From Candidatus Pacearchaeota archaeon (GTDB lineage: Archaea > Nanobdellota > Nanobdellia > Pacearchaeales > GW2011-AR1), in assembly GCA_041649045.1 (NCBI GenBank), contig JBAZNV010000003.1, positions 24,515 through 88,514 on the forward strand: a stretch of 64,000 nucleotides of DNA, read 5' to 3'. Numbering within the stretch: the stretch's first letter is position 1; each line of letters starts with the position of its first letter. Under the pieces are notes generated by a model. The model did not search any database and was not told the DNA's origin. It saw nothing but the letters and a program-made list of their open reading frames with translations. The position numbers and the translations under genes were made by a program. Below are positions 1 through 9,388 of this stretch, piece after piece.

Positions 1-41
1 ACAGTTTAAACACTTCTGGTTTAAACCAATTCATGATGCGA

Positions 42-749
42 TTATTTGATAGCCTTTAAGACCCCTGAGAGATTTTCCTTTAAAGCCTTGCAAGACTCAA
101 TAAATATATTTTTGGCTTCCATTTGGCCCCATGATTCTATATAAAATACAAGTTCATCGCCAAAACTCACAGAGACACCAGGGTAATCTTTTAAATCCTC
201 TTCATCGATATCTCCCCAAACAGCGTTTTTAACCTTTAATTTATCACTAAACTCAAAATTATTTGGATAAAGCTCAGCGAGCTCATGATGTTTTTCTCCC
301 TCTTGATTAATTTTTATTTTTGGCAAATGCTTATAATAAATTGTCCCTGGAGAAAATTTTGTATGAGTGTTTCCTTCACCCATTCTTGCCCTCGCGATAA
401 GCTCTATTTCCTGTCCCTCTTCAAGCAAAACAATCGGCATATTATCATAAACAACAATTTCTCCAAGGCTCCCAGACATAACTTTTGTTACAGCCCCCTT
501 CCCTTTGGCCTTCAATTTTAATTCTATCATCTCGCCTTTTATTTTTTGATTTTTCAATGGTATAAGCCCAAGTCTGTGGGCAATTACTTCATCGTATAAT
601 GCAGAATCATTTTTATAGAAATCAACTTCATCAATTGCAAGGGTAGAAATTTCCTCGACACTTCTTCTTATGGCATTTGCAAGACTAATATCAACATCTG
701 CCACTATTGTCATTTCTTCCTTGTTACCATCGATTAATTTCATTTCCAT
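42..749 (-). CDS. rpoD: DNA-directed RNA polymerase subunit D (Rpo3)
   Basis: 235-aa ORF. The N-terminal DVDISLANAIRRSVEEISTLAIDEVDFYKNDSALYDEVIAHRLGLIPL is the alpha-like dimerisation domain of archaeal subunit D. It lies directly downstream of S13-S4-S11, as in the conserved archaeal operon. It has one Cys only, so no Fe-S domain. Confidence 0.9.
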   Translation of the reverse strand: MEMKLIDGNKEEMTIVADVDISLANAIRRSVEEISTLAIDEVDFYKNDSALYDEVIAHRLGLIPLKNQKIKGEMIELKLKAKGKGAVTKVMSGSLGEIVVYDNMPIVLLEEGQEIELIARARMGEGNTHTKFSPGTIYYKHLPKIKINQEGEKHHELAELYPNNFEFSDKLKVKNAVWGDIDEEDLKDYPGVSVSFGDELVFYIESWGQMEAKNIFIESCKALKENLSGVLKAIK

Positions 750-773
750 TTATTCTATTTTTAGTTTATAAGT

Positions 774-1160
774 TTATACCCTCCTCCCTCTTCTGCCATG
801 AGCTTTTTTTGATCCTCCTCTCGGGACGCGCGTAACTTCACTCATGCTTACTATCTTGAATCCTTCTTTTGTCAAGGTTCTTGCAATTGCATGCGCACCA
901 GGCCCAAACCCAGTTTCTCCAGTTTGTCCTTTTATTCTTATATAGAGTGTATTCATCTTGTAATCTCTGCAAATTTCTTGAATCTTTTTTGCGATAAACA
1001 TGGCGATTGTAGGATTTGCTTTCATTCGGTCGTGTTTTGTAATTTGCCCGCCCGAAACTCTTCCGATCGTTTCTCCTGCTAAATCAGTGAGCGTCGCAAT
1101 CGTATTATTAAAACTCGCATAAATATTCAAAATCCCAATATTCTCTTCATTCTTTGCCAT
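774..1160 (-). CDS. rps11: 30S ribosomal protein S11
   Basis: 128 aa. NIYASFNNTIATLTDLAGETIGRVSGG and the basic C-terminal VTRVPRGGSKKAHGRRGRRV are typical of S11. Operon context with S4/S13. Confidence 0.93.
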   Translation of the reverse strand: MAKNEENIGILNIYASFNNTIATLTDLAGETIGRVSGGQITKHDRMKANPTIAMFIAKKIQEICRDYKMNTLYIRIKGQTGETGFGPGAHAIARTLTKEGFKIVSMSEVTRVPRGGSKKAHGRRGRRV

Positions 1161-1644
1161 CTTCTTTCTCCTTCTTTTTATTTTTTATTTTTAGCGGTTT
1201 TAATGACACTTTGTCTTCAAGTTCTCGAGTTATTAAAAAAGATGGTATATTCACAACGTTCCCGTTGACCAAAACTCTTTTATGGACAATTAACTGTCTC
1301 GCTTGATCAGGGCTACTCGACAATCCCCTTTTGAAAACAAATGTCTGGAGTCTTCTTTCAAGTAAATTTTCTTCCGTTAATCCCAAAACGTCTGAAACAA
1401 CCATTGTTTTTAAACCAAGTTTATTCAGTTTTTCAAAAAATTTCTGTTGCGTCTCCACATCTTTCCCAATAAGAAGTTTTGCTCTTCTTCTAAATCTTGA
1501 AATCGCTGACCTCGCTTTCCAAATTTCTTTTTTATTTTTTAATCCATATTTTTTTACAATTACATCTTCGGATTTTATTCTGTTAAGATCATATTTTTTT
1601 CTCGGCCTGCTGAATAATTTTCTTCTTCTTTTTATGTCGCCCAT
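1147..1644 (-). CDS. rps4: 30S ribosomal protein S4
   Basis: Archaeal S4 N-terminus MGDIKRRRKLFSRPRKKYD and S4 RNA-binding domain ARQLIVHKRVLVNGNVVNIPSF. I place the start at the internal ATG at 1644; the track ORF begins at 1680. Lys-rich C-terminal tail. Overlaps the S11 start. Confidence 0.88.
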   Translation of the reverse strand: MGDIKRRRKLFSRPRKKYDLNRIKSEDVIVKKYGLKNKKEIWKARSAISRFRRRAKLLIGKDVETQQKFFEKLNKLGLKTMVVSDVLGLTEENLLERRLQTFVFKRGLSSSPDQARQLIVHKRVLVNGNVVNIPSFLITRELEDKVSLKPLKIKNKKKEKEDGKE

Positions 1645-1719
1645 TAAAAAATCAGAAACTTGAAAAATTGTTCTCGGCACAACAATCTTTCATTTCTCCC
1701 CCATGTTTTATTTCTCATA

Positions 1720-2205
1720 TTATTTTTTAATCCCCCCGGATTTTTTTCTATGTGTTCTAAAATGAGATTTCGTTCTCTGCCCTCTTACTGGTTGCCCATA
1801 AGTATGTCGGTTCCCCTTGTAAGACTTAATTTTTTTAAGTCGCTTTATATCAAACTCATTTCTTAATTTTAAATCTGCGCCAGTCAAATGTTTGTCATCA
1901 CCCTCATCAAAATCTTTTTGTCTGTTTTTTAAAAAAATAGGAAGATTCGGATCTTTAATAAAACTCTCAATCTTTTCAATTTCCTCATCGCTGGCTTCAC
2001 TAACTAATTTTTCCCCGTCAACATCAACTGATTTTAAAATCGCATTTGAGAAAGCCCACGATATCCCCTTGATTTTCGTAAGACCAACTACCAGCTTTTT
2101 ATCTCCTCGAATATCTTTCCCTGCAATTCTAATTAAACTCGCCTCTTCCTGTTTTAACTGTTGCCTTTTATCTTCCTGTTTCGGTTTTTCTTTTTCTTCT
2201 GCCAT
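1720..2205 (-). CDS. rps13: 30S ribosomal protein S13
   Basis: IRIAGKDIRGDKKLVVGLTKIKGISWAF and the C-terminal RGQRTKSHFRTHRK match S13. Carries a Lys/Glu-rich N-terminal extension of about 25 aa. Confidence 0.9.
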   Translation of the reverse strand: MAEEKEKPKQEDKRQQLKQEEASLIRIAGKDIRGDKKLVVGLTKIKGISWAFSNAILKSVDVDGEKLVSEASDEEIEKIESFIKDPNLPIFLKNRQKDFDEGDDKHLTGADLKLRNEFDIKRLKKIKSYKGNRHTYGQPVRGQRTKSHFRTHRKKSGGIKK

Positions 2206-2206
2206 T

Positions 2207-2743
2207 TTATTGTATAAACAAATTTTGTCTTTGCATCTCCGTCAATTCCTCAAATATTCTTTTCTCTATAGTTTTTTGAGGGTCGGGCAAACTGTGAACT
2301 CTATTCTTTATATCTTCAAAAGATTCAAAGGGTTTTTCTTCCCTTTCTTTCAGAATCGCCTGAGTATGTTTCTTCCCAAATCCAGGCAATAGCTCAAACT
2401 GATGAAGTCGGGTATTTATAGCTTGTGCTTTGTTAAAAAAATCAACATATCTTTGTTCGTTTTCCTTCACAGATTTTTCAATAAAATCTTTCAACTGTGA
2501 TTTCGAAGTCTCTGTTAATTTTTCCCGAGGGCACCGGCCCAAAATATACTGAACCTTATCCCGTTTTCCTTCCCCAATATAAACTTCTTCCCCTACCTCG
2601 AATTTTATTCCTCTTCGAGGTACCAGTTGCAACAAAATAAATTCGTTAGCCCCAATAGCTTGTGCCACAGGCATCATTTTTTTGTCTAAAGGATAACCAT
2701 ACGGAAGGAAATCTAATATTATTGCTTTTTCTTCTTTTGCCAT
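2207..2743 (-). CDS. DUF655/COG1491 family protein (OB-like N-terminus plus helix-hairpin-helix, predicted RNA binding)
   Basis: 178 aa. ILDFLPYGYP...AQAIG..FILLQLVPR...YIGEG.RDKV near the N-terminus and LLPGFGKKHTQAILKERE (HhH) near the C-terminus. Sits after L21e-RpoF, as in the conserved archaeal L21e-RpoF-DUF655 cluster. Confidence 0.75.
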   Translation of the reverse strand: MAKEEKAIILDFLPYGYPLDKKMMPVAQAIGANEFILLQLVPRRGIKFEVGEEVYIGEGKRDKVQYILGRCPREKLTETSKSQLKDFIEKSVKENEQRYVDFFNKAQAINTRLHQFELLPGFGKKHTQAILKEREEKPFESFEDIKNRVHSLPDPQKTIEKRIFEELTEMQRQNLFIQ

Positions 2744-2748
2744 TTTGA

Positions 2749-3051
2749 TTAATATTTCTTGACAACATCCAAAATTTTCTCAACTTCTTCGCTGTCCAAA
2801 GAAATTTCAGAAAGTACTTTATTTAATTCAGAAGCATCTGTCGGTTTAAAATCAATTATTTTTACAATAGAAGAATCTTTTAATTTCATGATTTTAAGAG
2901 CATTTAATTCATCAGTCATTGCTCGCGCGTCTTTTAGCGAAGTGTCGTTAAATTTTTTTATAAACTCCCTTATTTGCTTTCCCTTTTCGGAATCTCCAGC
3001 TATTTCATAAACTTCAGCCAACGATATCGGTTTTTCTTCTTTAATTGCCAT
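2749..3051 (-). CDS. rpoF: DNA-directed RNA polymerase subunit F (Rpo4)
   Basis: 100 aa, small acidic helical protein. Its position between L21e and DUF655 is the conserved archaeal position of rpoF. Sequence-level support is weaker than synteny. Confidence 0.7.
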   Translation of the reverse strand: MAIKEEKPISLAEVYEIAGDSEKGKQIREFIKKFNDTSLKDARAMTDELNALKIMKLKDSSIVKIIDFKPTDASELNKVLSEISLDSEEVEKILDVVKKY

Positions 3052-3301
3052 TTGACAAACTCCTTAAATGTACAGGGTGGAGTACATAAATTTTATTTTT
3101 TCTGCCATCCTTAATTTCAATTATTTTGCATTTCCCTCTTTCCCCCACAACCTTCCCACTTCTCCCCTGGATTCTTTTTGGCAACTGAAAATTCACGCCC
3201 TTGTCAATATTTATTGCGACGGAATCACCCTCATTAATTTTTTTAAAGTAACTACTAAGCTTTATTTTCCCCTTCTCTCTGATTTGTTTTCCTTTCGCCA
3301 T
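3041..3301 (-). CDS. rpl21e: 50S ribosomal protein L21e
   Basis: 86 aa. N-terminal basic KGK..REKGK, then GDSVAINID...PKRIQGRSGKVVGERGKCKIIEI (SH3-like L21e core). Confidence 0.85.
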   Translation of the reverse strand: MAKGKQIREKGKIKLSSYFKKINEGDSVAINIDKGVNFQLPKRIQGRSGKVVGERGKCKIIEIKDGRKNKIYVLHPVHLRSLSNGN

Positions 3302-3419
3302 TTTTAATTAAGACAGAACTTATGCGCCATTGCTCTGACTCGGACATTTAATATCCTAACCTAAGAAGAAAAAGTCCATTTAAAAATCTTTTTACTATAA
3401 CCTTTGCACCAATATGACC

Positions 3420-3596
3420 CTATTTATTTTCTCCAACCTTTCCCAATTCCAAATTTCCCTTTTCTTTTTCTCTCTGCATGCTTTCAACAATTGCCTTCGC
3501 CATTTTTTCGCCCCAAACCTGATACATGCAACGTTCACACATGTCAACAACAGAATCAGATTCAATTTTAGTAGAACAATATATGCATTTTTTCAT
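3420..3596 (-). CDS. small CxxC...CxxC zinc-ribbon protein (58 aa), function unknown
   Basis: My own translation of the minus strand: [58 protein letters not shown], then TAG. ATG at 3596-3594. It is below the 60-aa track cutoff. It looks more protein-like than the antisense 61-aa track ORF at 3414-3599(+). Confidence 0.45.
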   Translation of the reverse strand: MKKCIYCSTKIESDSVVDMCERCMYQVWGEKMAKAIVESMQREKEKGNLELGKVGENK

Positions 3597-3781
3597 TGAA
3601 TTAGATTAACGATTTATTCGTCAATATAGCACCTCCCAAATTTATTTCCCATTTTCTCTTTTCACATTTCTTCTGACTTTTTCTCTTTTTAAATTTTTGT
3701 ACATTATCCCGCGCAATAAAAAGTCATTAGCGATTATTTGTCTTTAGCAATCTTTAAAAATACTTTTTACTTAACTAATAA

Positions 3782-4648
3782 ATGAAGAAATTGTTTTTGA
3801 TTCTTGCGATGATGGCATTTATGCTGTTATTTGTTCAGGCAGATTCTTGCGCGCCGAATATAACACTCTTGAATCAGGACCCATATCCCGCAGTTCCTGG
3901 AGATTATGTTAAGCTCGTTTTTCAGATAGAAGATATTTCGAGTTCGGAATGTAGCGATATAACATTAAAATTAATAGAAGATTATCCCCTAGTTTTTGAT
4001 CCCGACGAATCCGGCATAAGAAAATTCAGTAAAGTGGATTACGTTAAAGATTATAATAACAACATACTTGTCCCATATAGGGTAAGGATTGATGAAAATG
4101 CCCTGGATGGCTCAAACCCGATAGAAGTTTATCTCCAAAACAAAGGAATTTTTACCGTTACAAAAACATTTAATTTAGAGGTCCAGGATACGAAAACAGC
4201 TTTTTACGTCTATATTGAAGATTTCGATTTTACTGCAAACGAGATAACATTGCAAATTTTAAATACCGGAGATTCAAATGTTGAAGCCTTGATGATAGAA
4301 ATTCCAAAACAAGATAACATAGAAGTCAAGGGTACAAATAAAGTTATTGTCGGTGATCTTGATTCCAATGAATACACAACAGCAACATTCGAAGCACGGC
4401 CAAAAGAAGGACAGATAGATATTATTATACACTATTCAGACGAAATAAATGTCAGACGAAATATCAAAGAAACAATAGATTTCGATCCAACATATTTTCA
4501 AAATAGGTTCTCGCAAAAAACTTCCGCATCAGGAATTATTTTTTCCATTTTCGTTTCAGTTTTATTAATATTATTAATCTTGGGGATGATTTATCTTGGC
4601 TATAAAATCATAAGATCGTTTTTCAGAAAGAGTAAACCAAAATTCTAA
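3782..4648 (+). CDS. secreted, C-terminally anchored surface protein, COG1361 (S-layer/CARDB-like) type
   Basis: Signal peptide MKKLFLILAMMAFMLLFVQA and a C-terminal TM helix IIFSIFVSVLLILLILGMIYLGY followed by a basic tail. N-terminal ITLLNQDPYPAVPGDYVKLVFQIED is typical of COG1361 proteins, which commonly accompany FtsX-type ABC exporters in archaea. Confidence 0.6.
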   Translation: MKKLFLILAMMAFMLLFVQADSCAPNITLLNQDPYPAVPGDYVKLVFQIEDISSSECSDITLKLIEDYPLVFDPDESGIRKFSKVDYVKDYNNNILVPYRVRIDENALDGSNPIEVYLQNKGIFTVTKTFNLEVQDTKTAFYVYIEDFDFTANEITLQILNTGDSNVEALMIEIPKQDNIEVKGTNKVIVGDLDSNEYTTATFEARPKEGQIDIIIHYSDEINVRRNIKETIDFDPTYFQNRFSQKTSASGIIFSIFVSVLLILLILGMIYLGYKIIRSFFRKSKPKF

Positions 4649-4680
4649 TCGCATTATTTAATTTTTAAAAACATGTAGCC

Positions 4681-5901
4681 CTATTCATATCTTAAAGCAT
4701 CAACTATATTTGTTTTGGAAGCATTTAGCGCAGGTATTACTCCCGATATCGCACCTGTTATTGTTGCGAATAAAACACAATAAATAAAAATATCATAAGG
4801 GAAAAGCCACGAATAGCTTGGCGAAAGAAAACCCCAACCCAACATGTCTAATATTAATTTTGCCAATTCCGAAAATCCAAATCCCAAAACAACTCCAATA
4901 ACCCCCGCTATAAATCCAAGAAAGCTTGACTCAAATAAAAATATGCCAAAGATTTCGCTGTTCTTTGCCCCAATTGATTTGATGACCCCAATTTCTTTTG
5001 TCCTCTCAATTACCGAAGTTATCATTGTATTCGCCGTATTAACAGCAGAAACAATTACAGAAATAAAAGCAATCAAAAAAACAAAACCAATAATTATATT
5101 CAGAACAGTCATGTACGAAGCAATCATGTCCTGAAATGATTGAACAAAAAAATCTTCCTTGCCTCTTTCCTGATCACGTGCGCTTCGAAGATTCCTTTCA
5201 ATATTTTCTATTGCCCAATCAATCTGGTCTGCTTCAACTTCCGCAACTATCCATCCATACGAAATATTTTCATTAGAATAAATTTCTTCTGTCGCATCAA
5301 CCGTCGCATAAATATTAGCGTCATCCTGGGGGTTCCCAAGGGATTCGTAAAATCCCACGACACGCATTTCATTGCCCTGGATAATTACTTTGTCATTTAA
5401 TCTCAATCCTCTCGGGAAAATTTTATCTTCTATCATATAATTATAGCCAAGAACAACCTTATTTGTGTCTCCGCCTACAAGCTCTCTTCCTTTTTCTATT
5501 TCAATATTAAAAACATCCATGATCAGGGGATTTTTTGGATCATATCCGGTTAAATAGCCATAACCCCTATCCTCTCCATACTTGACTTCCGCGATCTTGA
5601 AATAAGCGCCGGTTGCTCTAAGGACCCCCGCCGAATTTTCAACTGCGCGCACATCTTCCTCGTCAAGTTTAAAATTCGCGTCAAGTCCCGGAGCAGAAAA
5701 TCCCCTGCCCTGCACAATAACTTTATTCGCCGACGAACCTTCAAGCATTTCATCTATATAATTGTAAAGCCCGAGCCCAAAACTTATAAAAATAAATACA
5801 GTCATTATCCCAATAAAAATCGAAAGCACCGTGAAAAAACTTCTCGATTTTCTATGCATCAAGTTTCGCAGCGAGTATCGGATGCTCTCAATCCCTATCA
5901 T
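4681..5901 (-). CDS. ABC transporter permease, FtsX/MacB-like (COG0577)
   Basis: 406 aa. N-terminal TM, a large extracytoplasmic domain, then C-terminal FtsX 3-TM module with ERTKEIGVIKSIGAKNSEI (the conserved ER..EIG..KA.GA motif). Confidence 0.85.
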   Translation of the reverse strand: MIGIESIRYSLRNLMHRKSRSFFTVLSIFIGIMTVFIFISFGLGLYNYIDEMLEGSSANKVIVQGRGFSAPGLDANFKLDEEDVRAVENSAGVLRATGAYFKIAEVKYGEDRGYGYLTGYDPKNPLIMDVFNIEIEKGRELVGGDTNKVVLGYNYMIEDKIFPRGLRLNDKVIIQGNEMRVVGFYESLGNPQDDANIYATVDATEEIYSNENISYGWIVAEVEADQIDWAIENIERNLRSARDQERGKEDFFVQSFQDMIASYMTVLNIIIGFVFLIAFISVIVSAVNTANTMITSVIERTKEIGVIKSIGAKNSEIFGIFLFESSFLGFIAGVIGVVLGFGFSELAKLILDMLGWGFLSPSYSWLFPYDIFIYCVLFATITGAISGVIPALNASKTNIVDALRYE

Positions 5902-5985
5902 ATTTTTTTCTCCATCTGTTTAACATTTTTTTATAATTTTTTTCTTCCTTTGGGGTACCACTTCTAATAATATATAAATGATATT

Positions 5986-7197
5986 TCATCCTCTTAATGC
6001 CTCCACTGGATTTTGATTAGCTGCCCGCATTGCTGGCAAAATTCCTGAAACGCTCCCAATGATAAAACTGCCGATTAAGCTTCCAAATATAAGTAAAAAA
6101 TTTATTTCAGGAGTCATCTCTGAACCCAAAAAATTATTTATTCCGACAATCCCAAGGTATCCAATCCCTACACCGCAAATCACTCCGAGTGCACCTCCAA
6201 CCAAACCGAGTAACCCCGCTTCAATTAAAAATTGGAAAAAGATTTGTGAATTTTTCGCGCCTATCGCTTTCATTATCCCAATTTCCCCCCTTCTTTCTAA
6301 AACAGAAGTAGTCATCGTATTTACAATACCTATCGCCCCAACAAATATAGAAATTGAAGCAATAATTATTATGAATGCCTGCACCCCACCAAGAATTTGG
6401 TTAACCATTTCAAGAGTCGCCTCCGGGGTCGAAACAGAAAAATCTTCCTTCCCGATATCGACATCTCTTCTTTGTCTCATTACCTTTTCAATTTTTTCCT
6501 TTGCTCGATCCATTAAATCCTTGTTTCTCACTTTCGCCAAAATAACGTCAACCTTATCATCATAATCAATCAAATCTCTAAGCAACTGTTCATTTATAAT
6601 TATAACATTATCAAGGACGAAACTTCCTTTTTTCTTCGTGATCCCAACAACTTCATATTCTTCGTCAAAAATTAATACTTTGTCGCCTGGTCGGACAACT
6701 CTTCCGAATTTTCCATCATCATGAAAATTCGCGCCCAGAACAACCTTTTTGCCATCGCTTTCTTTTAAGTTTCTTCCATATTCTATCTCGATGTCATTTA
6801 TCTCATTTGCGAGATCCCTATCTACTCCTTCTGGAACGGATGTCATGTACACAAAATCAATACGATTATTAAATTCTATTTTTGCCGTAGATATTATCTG
6901 CCCGAAGGCAACTTCAACCTCAGATATTCTGCTGATGGCATCAACATCGCCCTCTCTTAACGGGATTGTTACACCTGAACCCGGCGGTCCCATATTTAAT
7001 CCACCAGCCTGTATAGTTATTACTTCTGTGCTCGAAATGCCAAACTGAGAAATAACCGCCATTCGTAGTCCCGCTCCCAAACTAATCAGCGACACAACAG
7101 CAGCAACTCCGATGAAAATTCCAATCAAAGTTAACCATGACCTAATTCCACGATGTCTTAAATTCTTCAATGCGAGGTTAAAATAGTCAACAATCAT
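5986..7197 (-). CDS. ABC transporter permease, FtsX/MacB-like (COG0577)
   Basis: 403 aa paralogue of the preceding permease. LERRGEIGIMKAIGAKNSQI motif and the same topology. Confidence 0.85.
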   Translation of the reverse strand: MIVDYFNLALKNLRHRGIRSWLTLIGIFIGVAAVVSLISLGAGLRMAVISQFGISSTEVITIQAGGLNMGPPGSGVTIPLREGDVDAISRISEVEVAFGQIISTAKIEFNNRIDFVYMTSVPEGVDRDLANEINDIEIEYGRNLKESDGKKVVLGANFHDDGKFGRVVRPGDKVLIFDEEYEVVGITKKKGSFVLDNVIIINEQLLRDLIDYDDKVDVILAKVRNKDLMDRAKEKIEKVMRQRRDVDIGKEDFSVSTPEATLEMVNQILGGVQAFIIIIASISIFVGAIGIVNTMTTSVLERRGEIGIMKAIGAKNSQIFFQFLIEAGLLGLVGGALGVICGVGIGYLGIVGINNFLGSEMTPEINFLLIFGSLIGSFIIGSVSGILPAMRAANQNPVEALRG

Positions 7198-7591
7198 ATA
7201 TCATCTAAAAGGGAAGCGACTTTTTTAATTGATGCTTGTGAAATTTGAGTGTAAATCTGTGTGGTTTAATATCTGGGTGTCCAGGTAATTTCGAATAACT
7301 CTTAGAGAATTTAAGATATTTGCTTACAACAAAAACATAAGACCACATGATCTCTTTAAAATAATTTTCCAGTAAAAGATTTTCTTCCAATCTCCTCAGT
7401 AAACTTTCCATATTCAAATAAGTTTCAAAAGTATAAAAAGATTATCGTTTGCTCTAAATAAGGATATGAAAAACTAAAGTTTTATATCTGGCTTATCCAA
7501 AAGAATTAAAATTTGTCATCGGTAAAGTTTACACCAAAAATAATTACTAATGTTCAGATACAAAACACAAATATTATTTTAAAAATAAACT

Positions 7592-7921
7592 TTATTCTCC
7601 TGTGCTACGACTACTATAGAGCGCTTCATGTAATATTCCACTAATATCGCATTTTATTCCAGACACGTGATTTTCTGGATAATAATTTTCTCCTTGCTGT
7701 TTACAGTGATCTTTATCTTCTATGTGTGGGTTTGGGGCTAAAATAAATTTAGGCAACGCAATACTCTCCCCGTCAATTCCTGCTAAAATAGAACATGCTA
7801 ATCCTTCTAACTTTCCTCTCGCATCGGGGGTCCCACTCTCTCTTTCCCAATAGTTTATACGGTTATTTACATATTCTATGAAGTGCTTTCTAACTTCCTC
7901 TTCAGTATATTCCTTTGTCAT
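7592..7921 (-). CDS. hypothetical protein
   Basis: 109-aa ORF inside the gene-poor insert between the ABC ATPase and permease genes. I recognise no motif. Coding status rests on ORF length and non-repetitive composition only. Confidence 0.4.
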   Translation of the reverse strand: MTKEYTEEEVRKHFIEYVNNRINYWERESGTPDARGKLEGLACSILAGIDGESIALPKFILAPNPHIEDKDHCKQQGENYYPENHVSGIKCDISGILHEALYSSRSTGE

Positions 7922-8372
7922 AGTATCATCATTATTTAGTAGTATATAAAACTTTGAGATATTTCTAATTTAATCGATGAAACAACATCGTTATTAGAGG
8001 AAACTGCTCAAAAATCAGGGCTCAGGAGAGACTGTTTTTTTGTCCTTAATCATTCAGAAATTCTGCCTTTTGATATTTACGAAGCAGAAATCTATAAACA
8101 AATTTTAGATTCTTTATTTCAACAAATCGGTTTAAGTCATTAAAGTTACTCTGTAATTTGTTCACAAATCCAGAAGTCGTCTTACAAACCTTTATTCTGT
8201 TCATAGACATAATAATTGCTTAACCAGAAAATCCTGCAATATTTTCTCATACTATTACTTTTCTAAATTTGCCATTGATTATTCCTTGTAATAATAATAT
8301 GAAAAAAATACTCATTAATATTTATAAATTTTAGATTCTTTTACTGATATAAAAATAGTGAGCCAATTATAT

Positions 8373-9077
8373 TCATCTTAAAACTTTTCTTTTCGTCACT
8401 TTTTCCAATTCACCGTCTTTCAACCAATAAACAATATCAGCATATTTTTGTGCAAGATCAGGATCATGGGTAACCATGATTATTGTCTTCCCTTGTTTGT
8501 GGAGTTTTTCTAAAAATTCAAGTACAATTTGTCCCGTTTTTGTGTCCAAATTCCCCGTTGGCTCATCTGCCAAAATCACCTCAGGATTATTCGCCAGACT
8601 GCGAGCAATCGCAACCCTCTGCCTCTGTCCCCCAGAAAGTTGCCCCGGATAATGATCCATCCTATCTTCTAATTCAACAAGATCCAATAATTCCGTAGCC
8701 CTTATTTCTCTTTCCTGGACAGAGTTCCCCTGAAACATCATCGGCAACATAACGTTTTCTTTCGCGGTCAAATTTGGAATCAAATTAAAAGACTGAAAAA
8801 TAAAACCAATTTTTCTGCCCCTTATCTGAGCCAAATCAGATTCATGCAAAGTCGAAATATCATGGCCATCAAGATAAATTGTTCCATGTGTCGGCGTGTC
8901 CAGACTTCCAACGAGATTCATACTGGTAGATTTCCCCGAACCACTCGGCCCCATGATCGCCACAAATTCCCCCTCAAATATTTTCAAATTAAGTTTATTC
9001 AGCGCCTTTACTATAACTTCACCCATATGATAAAACTTCGACACTTCATGCAAATGAATAATTTCTTTTTTCCCCAT
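8373..9077 (-). CDS. ABC transporter ATP-binding protein (MacB/LolD-like, COG1136)
   Basis: Walker A GPSGSGKST, signature LSGGQRQRVAIARSL, Walker B ILADEPTGNLD, H-loop VTHD. Start placed at MGKKEIIHLHEV; the track ORF starts 5 codons earlier at 9092. Confidence 0.92.
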   Translation of the reverse strand: MGKKEIIHLHEVSKFYHMGEVIVKALNKLNLKIFEGEFVAIMGPSGSGKSTSMNLVGSLDTPTHGTIYLDGHDISTLHESDLAQIRGRKIGFIFQSFNLIPNLTAKENVMLPMMFQGNSVQEREIRATELLDLVELEDRMDHYPGQLSGGQRQRVAIARSLANNPEVILADEPTGNLDTKTGQIVLEFLEKLHKQGKTIIMVTHDPDLAQKYADIVYWLKDGELEKVTKRKVLR

Positions 9078-9174
9078 GAATAAACAAAACAAAAGAATTA
9101 TTTAAAGTTAAGTAGTCAAATTTTCATGCCGATTAAACAAAAAACTTTAAATATCCATTTTTCGCCACTTTTAT

Positions 9175-9372
9175 ATGATAATACCAATAAGATGTTTCAG
9201 TTGCGGGAAACCAATCGCTCATTTATATGAAAAATTCAAAGAACTCGTAGCTGCAGGCAAATCAAACAAGGAAGCTCTCGACGAGCTCGGTCTAAAAAAA
9301 TACTGTTGCAGAGCGCAGATTTTGGGTCAAACAGATACGCTTGAATTGATTAATAAGTTCAAGAAATTTTAA
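9175..9372 (+). CDS. rpoN: DNA-directed RNA polymerase subunit N (Rpo10)
   Basis: 65 aa. MIIPIRCFSCGKPIAHLYEKF...YCCR is the Rpo10/RpoN zinc-bundle signature. Confidence 0.9.
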   Translation: MIIPIRCFSCGKPIAHLYEKFKELVAAGKSNKEALDELGLKKYCCRAQILGQTDTLELINKFKKF

Positions 9373-9388
9373 ATCATAGAACGTAATT

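Noticed and set aside
1892-2392. Long antisense ORFs inside well-supported genes, e.g. 1892-2392, 6059-6565, 20991-21593, 33964-34284 and 12879-13253.
   Set aside because: Each lies fully within and antisense to a motif-supported CDS. They have Ser/Phe/Leu/Ile-rich compositions typical of AT-rich shadow frames.
3414-3599. 61-aa plus-strand ORF.
   Set aside because: Its translation is Phe/Leu/Asn-rich shadow-like sequence. The opposite strand encodes a tidy CxxC...CxxC 58-aa protein starting with ATG, which I prefer.
7205-7417. 70-aa ORF abutting the permease gene, possibly an integrase N-terminal fragment.
   Set aside because: The resemblance is only a vague helical pattern. The ORF has no clear start context or motif. 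It is mentioned only under the gene-poor-gap finding.
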